Shown: positions 10,991 through 21,277 of the stretch, piece after piece | Position numbering within the stretch: position 1 is the first letter of the stretch | Layout: every line of letters begins with the position of its first letter | Assembly (NCBI GenBank): GCA_963666055.2 | Contig: CAXWPH010000006.1 | Span: forward strand, 192,001-256,000 | Direction: 5' to 3' | DNA: 64,000 nt | Origin: Acidobacteriota bacterium | Lineage (GTDB): Bacteria > Acidobacteriota > UBA890 > WLXD01 | The notes under the pieces: model-generated | What the model was told of the DNA's origin: nothing | What the model saw: only the letters and a program-made list of their open reading frames with translations | The model's database searches: none | Program-made: the position numbers and the translations under genes

Positions 10991-13321
10991 TCAGAACGGT
11001 AAGAACACCGGCACGAGCAACACGAGCAGAACGAGTAGCAGGACCGTCAACGGCGTCCCGACGCGCAAGTAGTCTATGGCGCGATACCCGCCGGCTCCCA
11101 TGACCAGCAGGTTGGCCTTGTGGCTGAACGGCGTCATGAATGCCGCCGAGGCCGCCAGGCTGACCCCCATCATCAACGGGTATGGGCTGAGCTGTAGTCG
11201 ACTGGCCGTCTCGAAAACTACCGGAGCCAGTAGAACCACCGCCGGGGCCCCGTCGAGCCCCTGGCTGAGCAGGCTCGCCAGGAAGACGAGCACCGCAAGC
11301 ACCGCATGAGGCCCCAGCGCGCCCACCGTCGAAGCCACCGAGTCTGCGAGGAAGCCTGCAGCACCCGATCGCTCCATCGCGAAGCCCACTGGTAACACTG
11401 CGGCGACGAGAAAGATCACCCGCCATTCGATCACCCGGTAGGCCTCCTTCATGGTCAGCGCACCGGCGAGCAATACCAGAGAAGCGGCGGTGAACGCGGC
11501 GACATGGATCGGCTGCCATCCGCTTGCCACCAGCAGAATCATCAGCAGGAGTCCCCCCAGAGCTAGCGGCGCCTTGTTGGTGCGCCGGACGGCGCGTTCG
11601 GTGGCCGACAGCACCACGAAATCAGGGTCTGAGGCGAGCCGGGTAACCTTTTCCGGCGGCCCGTGCAGCAGCAAAGCGTCGCCGAAGCGCAGCGGCACGC
11701 GGGCCAGATCAGCATGAATCGGCCGCCCCTCGCGCCACAACGCCAACGCCAACAGCCCGTGGCGATGCTGGAACTCGAGCTCCTCCAGGGTGCGGCCCTC
11801 GGCAGCCGACCGCGGCGCAACCGCCGCTTCTACCATCGCCGCCTCGTCGGTCTCCAGGAGCTCGCGCCCCACTTGTGGCCCGATCTCGACCTCGCCAGCA
11901 TCGGCCAGCGCCGTCACGGCGCCCGGATCCGCGGCCAGCAACAGGCGATCGCCCGCCCGGATCGTGTCGCTCGGGGAGAGCATCAGACGGGTCTCCTGTT
12001 CGCGGATGATGCCCGCGACGGTCAGACCGACGATCTCGCTGAGGCGACTGGAGGAGATCGTCGCTCCCGCCAGGCCGGAGTCTGCCGGCACCTCGATCAC
12101 GCACAGTCGCTCCTGCAGGTCGGCCACCGCCGAGACCCCGGTTTCCAGCACCGCCCACCCCGGCTCGGCGGCGAATCGCTCGAGGTCCTCACTTCTCCCG
12201 ATTGCCAACACCTCGTCGCCCAGCCGCAGTGTCTGCTCGGCCAGATGGTCGGTGTAGAGCTGCCCCCGGTGGCGGATGGCCAGCACCACCACCCCGAATC
12301 GTCCGCGGAAGGCGAGCTCCCTCAGGGTGTTGCCGGCCACGCCGCCTCCCGCCTCGACGAGGACTCTGATGCCATTGACGCCCGGCGACACGCGCGGCAG
12401 GCGATCCATCTGCATCGGATGAACGTCCAGGTGCTCCATTTGCAGAAACTCGCGGACCTTCGAAACCTCGCCGTCGACGATGAGCACGTCACCGCCCCGA
12501 AGGCGCGTCCTGCCCTCCGGAACCAGTGTCTTGTCTCCCCGCTGGATCGACACCACCTTGAAGCCCAGCGTGTTGCCGAGGCGAGTCTCCGCCAGCGTCC
12601 GACCGTCCAGCGCAGTGCTGGTGGGGAGCCGCAACGAGAACAGACGCTCCTCGAGCTGGTAGATCTGGCTCAGGTCCTCGCCCTCGAGCGTCGCCGGCCC
12701 GCGACCAGTATCCGCCGGAAGCAACCGCTTGCCCACGGTCAGCATGAAAATCATGCCGAGCGCCATGATCGCCAGGCCGATCGGCGTGAAGTCGAACAGC
12801 TGGAACGGCTCCAGCCCGCGATCGGCCATCATCTGCGCGGCAACAATGTTGGGCGGTGTGCCTACGAGGGTCGTGGTGCCGCCGAGAATCGCCCCGAAGG
12901 CGAGCGGCATGAAGAGCCGCGAGGGAGCCAGGCCGGCGCGCGGCGCCACGGCGGCGACGGCGGGCATCAGCACCGCGGTCGCAGCGATGTTGTTCATGAA
13001 AGCAGACAGCACGCCGGCCACCAGCATCAAGGTCACCAGCAATCGTGTCTCGCTATCGCCCGCCAGCTGGTAAAGGCGATCCCCGATGAGGTCGGCAACC
13101 CCGGTCTCGAGCAGGGCGGCGCCGATGATGAACACCGACAGCATGGTGATCACGGCAGGCGACGAGAAGCCCAGAAACGCCTCACTGGGGGTCACGAAAC
13201 CGGCGAATATCAACACCACCAGGCCGAGAAACGCGGTCAGATCGACCGGCAACTTCTCGGTAAGGAACAGATAGACCATCACCGCGAGCAGCAGGAACAG
13301 ACCGCCGATCTGCAGGGTCAC
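10991..13321 (-). CDS. SLC13/DASS-type permease with four TrkA-C (RCK_C) domains
   Basis: SAFMNNIAATAVLMP, GTTTLVGTPPN, NLLVMGAGGY; four G.TL.E...L..GD.L repeats. Confidence 0.88.
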   Translation of the reverse strand: MTLQIGGLFLLLAVMVYLFLTEKLPVDLTAFLGLVVLIFAGFVTPSEAFLGFSSPAVITMLSVFIIGAALLETGVADLIGDRLYQLAGDSETRLLVTLMLVAGVLSAFMNNIAATAVLMPAVAAVAPRAGLAPSRLFMPLAFGAILGGTTTLVGTPPNIVAAQMMADRGLEPFQLFDFTPIGLAIMALGMIFMLTVGKRLLPADTGRGPATLEGEDLSQIYQLEERLFSLRLPTSTALDGRTLAETRLGNTLGFKVVSIQRGDKTLVPEGRTRLRGGDVLIVDGEVSKVREFLQMEHLDVHPMQMDRLPRVSPGVNGIRVLVEAGGGVAGNTLRELAFRGRFGVVVLAIRHRGQLYTDHLAEQTLRLGDEVLAIGRSEDLERFAAEPGWAVLETGVSAVADLQERLCVIEVPADSGLAGATISSSRLSEIVGLTVAGIIREQETRLMLSPSDTIRAGDRLLLAADPGAVTALADAGEVEIGPQVGRELLETDEAAMVEAAVAPRSAAEGRTLEELEFQHRHGLLALALWREGRPIHADLARVPLRFGDALLLHGPPEKVTRLASDPDFVVLSATERAVRRTNKAPLALGGLLLMILLVASGWQPIHVAAFTAASLVLLAGALTMKEAYRVIEWRVIFLVAAVLPVGFAMERSGAAGFLADSVASTVGALGPHAVLAVLVFLASLLSQGLDGAPAVVLLAPVVFETASRLQLSPYPLMMGVSLAASAAFMTPFSHKANLLVMGAGGYRAIDYLRVGTPLTVLLLVLLVLLVPVFLPF

Positions 13322-13399
13322 TGGCGCCTCTACTTTCCCTCGCGGGCTGTTTGCCTCACTCCAGGCCCTTTCATCACTGTGGGCCCGGACGCGGTCTCG

Positions 13400-14056
13400 C
13401 TAGTCCGCCTCGAACCCCACTTCCTTGTGGGTGCCGTCGCAGAAAGGCTTGTTCTTCGATTCACCGCATCGGCACAGGGCCGCCCGGGTTCCCCGCCAGC
13501 CCTGACGTCCTGACGCGGCGCGAATCGCGAAGCTACCAGTGACGATCAACGGTCCGTTTGGGATCCGCTTGACTGCCAGCGTGCCGCCGGTTGATTCGAG
13601 CGTAGCCTCCCCGGTCTGGCCGATCGCACCGCGATCGCGAAACTCGGCGGCCTCGTGCGAATTATCACAGAAAGGCTTGTTGTCGGACTCGCCGCAGCGA
13701 CAGAGCGCGGCACGGAGGCGCACACCCGACATGTCGGCGGCGGCGCCGTCGATCTGCAGGTCGCCAGTGAAGTACAGCGGTCCGTTGTTTGCCACGCTGA
13801 TCTCATTCCTCGCCGGTGCCGTCTCCCCTGCCCCGCCGTCCTTGCGCTCGTACACAAGCGCGCCCGTCGGACATCGCCGCACCACCTCGGCGACGGTATT
13901 GGCATCGCCGTGATCGGGCTCACACCACGGCTTGCGGCCGCTGACGAACAACTCGTCCTTAGCCCGTGTGCACTCGCCGACGTGGATACACAAGCGATCG
14001 TCCCACAGCACATCCATCTTTTCGCCGTCGAACCTGAAGATCCGCTTATCCGACAT
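13400..14056 (-). CDS. Divergent 4Fe-4S (Fer4_19) + two CDGSH iron-sulfur domains
   Basis: CIHVGEC...CPTGAL; twice ALCRCGES.NKPFCD..H. Confidence 0.88.
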   Translation of the reverse strand: MSDKRIFRFDGEKMDVLWDDRLCIHVGECTRAKDELFVSGRKPWCEPDHGDANTVAEVVRRCPTGALVYERKDGGAGETAPARNEISVANNGPLYFTGDLQIDGAAADMSGVRLRAALCRCGESDNKPFCDNSHEAAEFRDRGAIGQTGEATLESTGGTLAVKRIPNGPLIVTGSFAIRAASGRQGWRGTRAALCRCGESKNKPFCDGTHKEVGFEAD

Positions 14057-14449
14057 CCCGTCTCCCGGTATGGGTTTCGGCTGGATGCTACCGCCTCCCG
14101 CCGCGACGGGCGAGGCGATCGCGGCGTCGAGGCGCAAAGACAAATGTTCTCTAGCAGGCCGTGGTGGAAGTGTGGCGGGCCTGGTAGCGGCAAGTTGGGG
14201 CCGGATGCAAGCAGAAATGTCCCAGATAGCGGAACACCGTGAAGGCGATCTGGTCGCCGCGCGGCGACCAAGGTGGTCACGGCCCTGGTGCGGACGGGCC
14301 CTTCCTTCCCTGCGTAAGCCATCTCACGAGCATTGCAGCAGGTACTCCCAATTACTCACCGGCCGGCCGATACTCGTTGTGGAGGCATCGCTGCGCCGCC
14401 TCGTCGCCTGCAGCGCCACAGCTCGAGGATTCGATATCAGATGGATGCC

Positions 14450-15595
14450 ATGAACATAGAGAAGGCCGTTCGCGAACGCTACGCCGTGGGCGCCCAAACG
14501 CCGGTAGCCGATCTGTGCTGCCCCACCGAGTACGATCCGGCGTATCTGGAGGTGATCCCCAGCGAGGTGCTCGAGCGTGATTACGGCTGTGGCGACCCTT
14601 CGCGCCACCTGCGCTCCGGTGAGACAGTCCTGGACCTCGGCAGTGGGACCGGCAAGATCTGCTTCATAGCCGCCCAGGTAGTTGGCCCTACCGGCCGGGT
14701 GATCGGCGTCGACATGACCACCGATATGCTGGAGGTGGCGCGTCGCAACGCGCCGGTGGTCGCCCAGCGCCTCGGCTACGCCAACGTCGAGTTCCGTCGC
14801 GGGCGCATCCAGGACCTGGCGCTCGATCTCGATCTGCTGGACCAGGAGCTCGCCCTTCGTCCGGCCGGCAGCCACGAGGAGATCCTCGCCTCCCAGGTTC
14901 GCGCCGCGGAGCTACGCCGGCTGCAGCCGCTGGTGGCGACCGCGTCGATCGACGTGGTGGTGTCCAATTGCGTACTGAACCTGGTGGACGCGGCGGCCCG
15001 CGAACAGCTCTTCTCCGAGATCCATCGTGTGCTACTTCGGGGCGGTCGTGCGGTGATCTCCGATATCGTGTCGGATGAGCCGGTGACGGCGGAGATGCAG
15101 GGAGATTCCGAGCTGTGGAGCGGATGCATCTCAGGCGCCTTTACCGAGCGTGGGTTCCTGGAGGCTTTCGAGCAAGCCGGTTTCTACGGCATCCGCGTGC
15201 TCGAGCGCCAGGCCGAGCCGTGGCGAACCGTCGAAGGCATCGAGTTCCGCTCGCTGACTGTCGAGGCCTTCCGCGGCAAGGAAGGCCCGTGTCTCGAGAG
15301 GTTGCAGGCGGTCGTGTACCGCGGTCCGTTCAAGGAGGTGCTCGACGACGATGGCCACCGCCTCGAGCGCGGCCAGCGTCACGCGGTGTGCGACAAGACG
15401 TTCCGGATCTACCAAGCCGAGCCCTATCGCGAGCATTTCGACTTCATCGAACCTCTGCAGACCGTCCTGCTCGGCGAGGCCGAAGCCTTCGACTGTCGCC
15501 GTTCGGCGCGGCGCAACCCGCGCGAAACCAAGGGTCAAGGCTACGACGCCACTACGGAAGCAACAGCCTGTTGCGGCCCGGAAAGCAGTTGTTGA
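14450..15595 (+). CDS. ArsM-like SAM-dependent methyltransferase
   Basis: [40 protein letters not shown]; Cys-rich tail. Confidence 0.8.
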   Translation: MNIEKAVRERYAVGAQTPVADLCCPTEYDPAYLEVIPSEVLERDYGCGDPSRHLRSGETVLDLGSGTGKICFIAAQVVGPTGRVIGVDMTTDMLEVARRNAPVVAQRLGYANVEFRRGRIQDLALDLDLLDQELALRPAGSHEEILASQVRAAELRRLQPLVATASIDVVVSNCVLNLVDAAAREQLFSEIHRVLLRGGRAVISDIVSDEPVTAEMQGDSELWSGCISGAFTERGFLEAFEQAGFYGIRVLERQAEPWRTVEGIEFRSLTVEAFRGKEGPCLERLQAVVYRGPFKEVLDDDGHRLERGQRHAVCDKTFRIYQAEPYREHFDFIEPLQTVLLGEAEAFDCRRSARRNPRETKGQGYDATTEATACCGPESSC

Positions 15596-15612
15596 TAGTA
15601 CGCTCGCAGCCG

Positions 15613-16575
15613 ATGCCAGCGACCAGCAAGTTCCAGGATCCCGACGTCACCGCCAATGGACAGCGGCGCGCCTCTGTACGCCTGGGCAAGCTCGATAACC
15701 TGTGGTTCAACACCGGCACGCTCTGCAACATCGAGTGCCGCAACTGCTACATCGAGTCGAGCCCGCTCAATGACCGCCTCGCGTACCTGACCGCGGCGGA
15801 GGTGCGCTCCTATCTCGACGAGATCGAAACGCTGAGCCTCGGCACGTCGGAGATCGGCTTTACCGGGGGCGAGCCGTTCATGAATTCGGAGCTGCTGCAG
15901 ATGCTCGACGATGCCCTGTCGCGCGGCTTCGAGGTGCAGGTGCTGACCAACGCCATGCGACCGCTGATACGGCCGACTGTATGCGAGCCGCTGTTGGCGC
16001 TGCACGAACGTTTCGGGGAGTCTCTACGACTGCGGGTCAGCCTCGACCACTACACCGAGCGCCTTCACGATACCGAGCGTGGCGCCGGCTCCTGGACCCC
16101 CACATTGGAGGGTCTGCGCTGGCTGGCCCGGTCGGGATTCGCGATCAGCGTCGCCGGACGGACCTGCTGGGAGGAATGCGAGCAGGACGCACGAGAAGGC
16201 TACCGTCAGTTGTTCCACGAGCTGGCCGTCAACATCGACGCCGATGATCCGGGCGCCCTGGTCCTGTTCCCCGAGATGGACGCAAACATCGACGTCCCCG
16301 AGATCACGGCCGATTGTTGGGGCATCCTCGGCATCGACGCCGGCGACATGATGTGTGCCAGCAGCCGCATGGTGGTCAAACGCAAGGATGCACCCTCGCC
16401 GGTCGTCGTCACCTGTACGTTGCTGCCCTATGACCCGCAGTTCGAGCTCGGCAGCCGCCTGGCCGATGCGCTCGGCGGCGTCAAGCTGAACCACCCTCAC
16501 TGCGCCAAGTTCTGCGTGCTCGGCGGCGCCTCTTGCTCGGCGGGCGGCACGCTCGGCGCCGAGGCGAGCAGCTGA
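15613..16575 (+). CDS. Radical SAM protein (ArsS-like)
   Basis: CNIECRNC motif, FTGGEP, C-terminal HPHCAKFC; starts 17 bp after the methyltransferase stop. Confidence 0.85.
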   Translation: MPATSKFQDPDVTANGQRRASVRLGKLDNLWFNTGTLCNIECRNCYIESSPLNDRLAYLTAAEVRSYLDEIETLSLGTSEIGFTGGEPFMNSELLQMLDDALSRGFEVQVLTNAMRPLIRPTVCEPLLALHERFGESLRLRVSLDHYTERLHDTERGAGSWTPTLEGLRWLARSGFAISVAGRTCWEECEQDAREGYRQLFHELAVNIDADDPGALVLFPEMDANIDVPEITADCWGILGIDAGDMMCASSRMVVKRKDAPSPVVVTCTLLPYDPQFELGSRLADALGGVKLNHPHCAKFCVLGGASCSAGGTLGAEASS

Positions 16576-16717
16576 AGAGGCTCACCGGTTCACGGCTACA
16601 TCGCTGCTCCAGGACCGAATTCCTGACCCCGGCTATCACGTGCGTAGCATACGACCGATCGTAGCGCTCGAGCTGAGGTTTGACCTCTCTGCGGAACGCC
16701 ACAATACGCCGTCCTGC

Positions 16718-16771
16718 ACAACGACAGGCGCCTCACTGAGCCCCCCAAAGGGGGTTCCGCCTGTCGTCGTT
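16718..16771. terminator. Long stem-loop between convergent genes
   Basis: ACGACAGGCG...CGCCTGTCGT arms enclosing an inner CCCCC-AAA-GGGGG hairpin, just after the stop of 16784..18127. Confidence 0.55.
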
Positions 16772-16783
16772 TGATGGTCTTTT

Positions 16784-18127
16784 CTACTGGTCGTTGCCTT
16801 CCTGCCTGGCGTGTTGTTCGGCAGCTAGTTTCTCGTAGTCGTCGTCTTCTAGGTAGGTGACATCCACCCAGGCAAACCCCATCTCGTCAACCGTTCGCTC
16901 GCCATAGCCCACCCATTGCGCCGGATCGGGGTTGTTCGGGTTGGCCGCAGTGTTGTCGTGCCAGGTCGTTATCTTGATGATCGTGCCTCTTGGCAGCACC
17001 GGTGCGACCTCATCCGCGTAAACGTAGTTGACATGCCAGTTCCACTGGAAGTTGTCGACCGTGCTCAACTGCTCAATGCGACCGTCCGGGTAGATTGCCT
17101 CCATCGACATCGCCTTGCCCCGCATGTGCATGTGGGGCTGGAAGTTCTCGAGTCGAGCCGGCGCTCTCAGCACCGTGAAACCGACGGTCGTGGAGATCTG
17201 ATCCGGGCGGATGTCCATCTCCCCTTGCCGGCCGCTGAATCCGGTCAGGATCGTGCGGTACTTTGGTTCTTGGCCTTTGGGATAGAAGTAGAGCCCCATC
17301 TCGACGACGTCGTCCTTGAGCTCCTCACCGATGGCGTGATAGTGAACCTCCCAGCGGATCTTCGAGCCCGGGAGCATTAACTTGCCGGCGTCGTCCGGGA
17401 AGATCTCGCCGATTTTTCCGACTGCCCACTCCATGAAGAGGCCGGCGCCCGGTCTTCTTCCCTCGAAGCTGCTCGCCAGACGGGTGACTTCTTCCTCGTC
17501 TTGAATGAGGCTGGCCAACACGTGATGGACGATCTTGCGGCCACCCGGGAACGACGGTTTGATCTCGATTGCCCGCACCCAGCGAGGCTCGGTCAGCCCG
17601 GTGTCGACTACCGGCCGCCACCACCTGTCTTGCCCGCGGGCCGGCATCGTGTGCGGAGCCGACCGCACGATCAGATCTGGCTCGCCGAATCGTTCCGCTA
17701 GCTGCCAGGCTTCCGGGTCGGGCCACTCGACGGGAGGCGGGAGGTCGTTGAGGTCGCCAGGCGGGGCGCCGGTATCGACCCATCGGACGATCACGTCGAT
17801 TTGCCCGTCGCTCAACGAGCGGTCGTTCTTGAAGCTCTTGATGCCAACGTTCTTGGCGATGTGCCACGGCGGCATCACCCGGGCGAGCACCTTCTGCTTG
17901 ATCTCCCGAGCCCATGGGCGCGTTTCCTCGTAGGTCAACAACGACATGGGCCCGATGGAGTCGGGCTGATGGCAGACCTGACACTTCTGCTGGAAGATCG
18001 GCGCCACGTCTTTGGCAAAGGTGACCTCGCCATCGGTCTGCGCCGACGCCAGCACAGGCGCAACCAGCAACAGAGCGAAGACGCAACAGCCTGCCGTCAC
18101 ACCACCCGTGAACCGCAACCCGCTCAT
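16784..18127 (-). CDS. Exported cytochrome c + copper type II monooxygenase (PHM/DBH-like) protein
   Basis: Signal peptide; CQVCH; VHH, EVHYH, PHMHMRG, DEM ligand pattern. Confidence 0.75.
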   Translation of the reverse strand: MSGLRFTGGVTAGCCVFALLLVAPVLASAQTDGEVTFAKDVAPIFQQKCQVCHQPDSIGPMSLLTYEETRPWAREIKQKVLARVMPPWHIAKNVGIKSFKNDRSLSDGQIDVIVRWVDTGAPPGDLNDLPPPVEWPDPEAWQLAERFGEPDLIVRSAPHTMPARGQDRWWRPVVDTGLTEPRWVRAIEIKPSFPGGRKIVHHVLASLIQDEEEVTRLASSFEGRRPGAGLFMEWAVGKIGEIFPDDAGKLMLPGSKIRWEVHYHAIGEELKDDVVEMGLYFYPKGQEPKYRTILTGFSGRQGEMDIRPDQISTTVGFTVLRAPARLENFQPHMHMRGKAMSMEAIYPDGRIEQLSTVDNFQWNWHVNYVYADEVAPVLPRGTIIKITTWHDNTAANPNNPDPAQWVGYGERTVDEMGFAWVDVTYLEDDDYEKLAAEQHARQEGNDQ

Positions 18128-18172
18128 GACCTCACTCCCTTTAGGGGTTCTCGGCGACTGATCCATCCGAGA

Positions 18173-19021
18173 TCATTCCGTCACTCGGACTCTTACAAAG
18201 CCGTTCGTCCAACAACACTGTGCGTTCCCGGCGCGCCGGATCCCGGAGTAATCGTTCGCGGTTACCCGCAGGAGGTAGTCTCCCGGCTCGCTGAACGTCG
18301 CGGTGGTCGTTGTGTCCCCGCTGGCGCTGTCGATCGCGACCATCGGCTCGCTGAACGTGACCTGCCCCGGCCCTTGATGCTTGACCCAGGTCATGGTGAT
18401 CGCCGGTCGATCCGCGGGGCCGAACGGAATGTCGGTCGGTCGACGCACCAGATCATCGCGTCCCGACACCGACAGGGTCAGCGGTGTGCCGACGGCGACC
18501 GTGCGCGGGCCGATAGTAACGCCGGTCGGCCCCTGGACCGCAGGGCTGCCCGGATCGAACGTGATGCTCGGCGGTGCGTTACCGGAGGCACCGTCCTTCA
18601 GAACCTCGAGCTCGTAGTCGATGTGCAAGCGACCCGGAATGGCAATGGTTTCACCGCCCGATGTCAGGGTCCATACGGCCTGCTGGTCGCCAAAATCAGC
18701 CGGGACGGTCACGGTAAACACGCCCCAGTGCCGGCTGGTGAGAAAGTGCGTCGGCTGTCCCTGGTTGATGTCGCCGGGCTCGATGAAATTGTTCGCGCCG
18801 ATCGGGATGTCGAGCACTTCTTCCGCATTGCGGTTGAAGTAACCAAACGACAGCGCAAACGTGCCGTCTCGGTTCTGAAACCAGCCCTCGTATACCGGCG
18901 TCACCGACTGGCCGCTTTCCCGAGCAGGCGAGAGCGGAAGCTGACCGGCGCCAACTGTAGTGAGGCTGGCGACGAGGATCACCATTGCGCCAGCAACAAC
19001 GGATACCAGATAACTTCTCAT
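18173..19021 (-). CDS. Exported conserved hypothetical protein with a PKD-like C-terminal domain
   Basis: GQSVTPVYEGW, FGYFNRN, QGQPTHF, ATFSEPGDYLLRVTAND, QCCWTN. Confidence 0.7.
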   Translation of the reverse strand: MRSYLVSVVAGAMVILVASLTTVGAGQLPLSPARESGQSVTPVYEGWFQNRDGTFALSFGYFNRNAEEVLDIPIGANNFIEPGDINQGQPTHFLTSRHWGVFTVTVPADFGDQQAVWTLTSGGETIAIPGRLHIDYELEVLKDGASGNAPPSITFDPGSPAVQGPTGVTIGPRTVAVGTPLTLSVSGRDDLVRRPTDIPFGPADRPAITMTWVKHQGPGQVTFSEPMVAIDSASGDTTTTATFSEPGDYLLRVTANDYSGIRRAGNAQCCWTNGFVRVRVTE

Positions 19022-19167
19022 CGACCTGCAACCAGACGGCATTATACAAGCCAATGCCAGGACAGAAACCAGTCAAATATCTTCCTAGCTGCTCCGACTA
19101 GGAGCCGCTACAGACCGCCGGCAGCCTCGCTGGCAGCTTTGGGTCGGCTGTGCGTCCGGGGCTCAAC

Positions 19168-20499
19168 TCACCCCATAACCACCAAGTCGAGTGGGACCGC
19201 AGACAAGCGGCGCGCGCCATCCTCCCCAATCACATAGGTGTCGATGTGGGTGGCCAATATACTCTGATCCCCGACCTCCTCCCGGAACGTGGTCTCCCAC
19301 TGCGTCACGATATTCTCCTCAAAGGTCCCTTCTGGAGTCTCTTCTCTGGGGCGAAAGACAAAGTGGCCAACCCAGTCGGGTGGGAACCCGATCCCGACTT
19401 CATACCCGATACCGGATGTTGGCAGCCCTTGATCCTGAAAATAGTCGCGTAGCGCCGCGTTCACAGTGGCAATTGGTGTGCCCGCCTTTGCTTCACGCTC
19501 TACGACGTCAAAGCTACCGCGCGCGGCGCGCTCGAGGCGCACTAATTGGGGACTCGGATCGCCATAGATGTAGGTCCGCGCCATATTGACGTGATAGCGC
19601 TTGTAGACTCCACAAAGATCAAACGCGAACACCTCGCCTGCCTGGATCTGTCGTCTGGAGGGCAACAGATGGATGCTGCGCGGTTCCGCAGGAAGCACCG
19701 CCTGGGGAAGGCCAGCGATCTCACCACCCGCTACGTACATCGCGTGCATGGCTGCGGCATACACTTCCAGGTGGCTCATACCCGGCCGAAACGTCTCGGC
19801 AATGGCTCGATGGCCAATATCAGCAATACGCGCCGCATGCTCCATGACGGCGATCTCTGCCGGCGACTTGATGTTGCGGATCGTCCGCATGATCGCGCTG
19901 GCATCAACGATCTTTGCGCCTCTCTCCTGGCACTGCGCGTCTAACTGCCGGCTGATCGCCGGGGTAGGCAGGTAGCTCTCGTACTCCATCCCGACGACCG
20001 TGCCCTCTTTCAGCCAACCTTCACTCTGAAGGTCATCGACAAGAGATCTAGCGCTGCGGCCACCTTCGTAACGCCTTCGATCCGTCGCAGCCGACGGCAC
20101 CGCGCTCTCGCCGTCGTAAAAGATGAGCCTGTCCTCGTCCACATGGACTGCAGTCGTGATCAGCGGAGTCCAGTAGGTTCGATACCAAGTCACCTCGTAG
20201 CCGTGCAGGTAGCAGTGACTCTCGGGCCAGGTGAGCAACAACAGATCGATCCCCAACTGTGACATCAGCTCTCGACAGCGGCTGAGTCGACTACCGTACT
20301 CTTGCTCGGAGAACGGTAGCGGATATTGGTCGCTCGGAATCCGGCGCAGGTCTTCCTCGATATCTGTGACCCCAGCGAAGGGGTTGCCGCGGGCCCCACC
20401 TGTCTGCTGCGTCGTGTTGCTCAACGTACACCCGGCTGTCGCTGCCGCAGTCGATCCGACAACAGCGCCTAGAAAGTTTCGTCGGTTTGTTCGAATCAT
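19168..20499 (-). CDS. M24 family (creatinase/ectoine hydrolase-like) protein with Tat/lipoprotein signal
   Basis: NRRNFL and TAGC; FSEQEY..RL; IKSPAEIAVM; GYEVGIGFPPDW. Confidence 0.8.
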   Translation of the reverse strand: MIRTNRRNFLGAVVGSTAAATAGCTLSNTTQQTGGARGNPFAGVTDIEEDLRRIPSDQYPLPFSEQEYGSRLSRCRELMSQLGIDLLLLTWPESHCYLHGYEVTWYRTYWTPLITTAVHVDEDRLIFYDGESAVPSAATDRRRYEGGRSARSLVDDLQSEGWLKEGTVVGMEYESYLPTPAISRQLDAQCQERGAKIVDASAIMRTIRNIKSPAEIAVMEHAARIADIGHRAIAETFRPGMSHLEVYAAAMHAMYVAGGEIAGLPQAVLPAEPRSIHLLPSRRQIQAGEVFAFDLCGVYKRYHVNMARTYIYGDPSPQLVRLERAARGSFDVVEREAKAGTPIATVNAALRDYFQDQGLPTSGIGYEVGIGFPPDWVGHFVFRPREETPEGTFEENIVTQWETTFREEVGDQSILATHIDTYVIGEDGARRLSAVPLDLVVMG

Positions 20500-21173
20500 T
20501 TGACCTTCTCCTTCTTAGGATGGAGGGACTGAAGGCACTCGGTTTTGCGCAGAAGACAGTTTCATGCTCCAAAACAAAGTGTCATGTGGTCGGCTTGGAG
20601 GCACTTTCGGAATCGACCTTCTCAACCTGCTCACCAATCAGTGCGGTGCCATTCACCCAGCCGCAGTGACCATGTGCTGTTCCGACGTCATACTAAGGTG
20701 TGCCGGATTTGCCCGCGGCGACGAATCACCCGGATCACCGTGCCGGCCTCGAGTTGATGTAGGCGCTCGAATCGCCGCTGCTTGATCTGACGGGTCGAAC
20801 TCCGGCATCAGAGGGAACTGGGGCGACGGTGTCGTTGCCGCGGGCGTAGATCGCCAGGCCGGACAGGACAAGCAGCACGGTAAGGCCGCTCTGTCGCATG
20901 AGCGCACCTCGCAAGCTTTCACGAAGCATGGTGCGCTCAGGGTAGGTCGAACACACCCAGCTCCACGAGGGCGGTGTCCCGAGCGTCGGTTCGATCGATC
21001 AACCTGAGCGTCGTAACGCTCGACGAGCAATTCTCGGACTGATGCCCGGAACGCCGATGATGGGCGGACACTAGCAGCTTCTCTTGCTGTAGACCACGGG
21101 TGAGTTGGTCTCTGGACGCACAAACGGCGAGCACTTAGCTCGCCGTAAGTGGTTCTGATTTAAGTGATTTACG

Positions 21174-21217
21174 AGTGGGCCCTCCAGGACTCGAACCTGG
21201 GACCTACCGGTTATGAG
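21174..21217 (-). repeat. att site: displaced 3' part of tRNA-Ile2
   Basis: AGTGGGCCCTCCAGGACTCGAACCTGGGAC(CT)ACCGGTTATGAG matches 34924-34967 at 42/44 positions. Confidence 0.9.
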
Positions 21218-21277
21218 TCAGATCCGGCGGGATTTGCCAGTAGTCGCCTCGGCTAGTGGAGAGTTGCATCTTTCTCT

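Noticed and set aside
11663-13513. Long antisense/alternate-frame ORFs (616 aa here; also 17801..19237, 45397..46767, 61006..62325)
   Set aside because: Shadow ORFs of real high-GC genes, with no motifs.
15590-15600. Selenocysteine read-through at the methyltransferase TGA
   Set aside because: The TGA is followed immediately by TAG and no SECIS-like hairpin is evident.
20520-21134. Short ORFs 20653..21123, 20735..20956 and 20937..21134
   Set aside because: Possibly a decayed exported-protein gene, but no recognisable family.
21124-21146. ACGGCGAGC-ACTTA-GCTCGCCGT hairpin as a terminator
   Set aside because: The hairpin is real, but the U-tract is short and it overlaps the boundary motif, so its role is undetermined.
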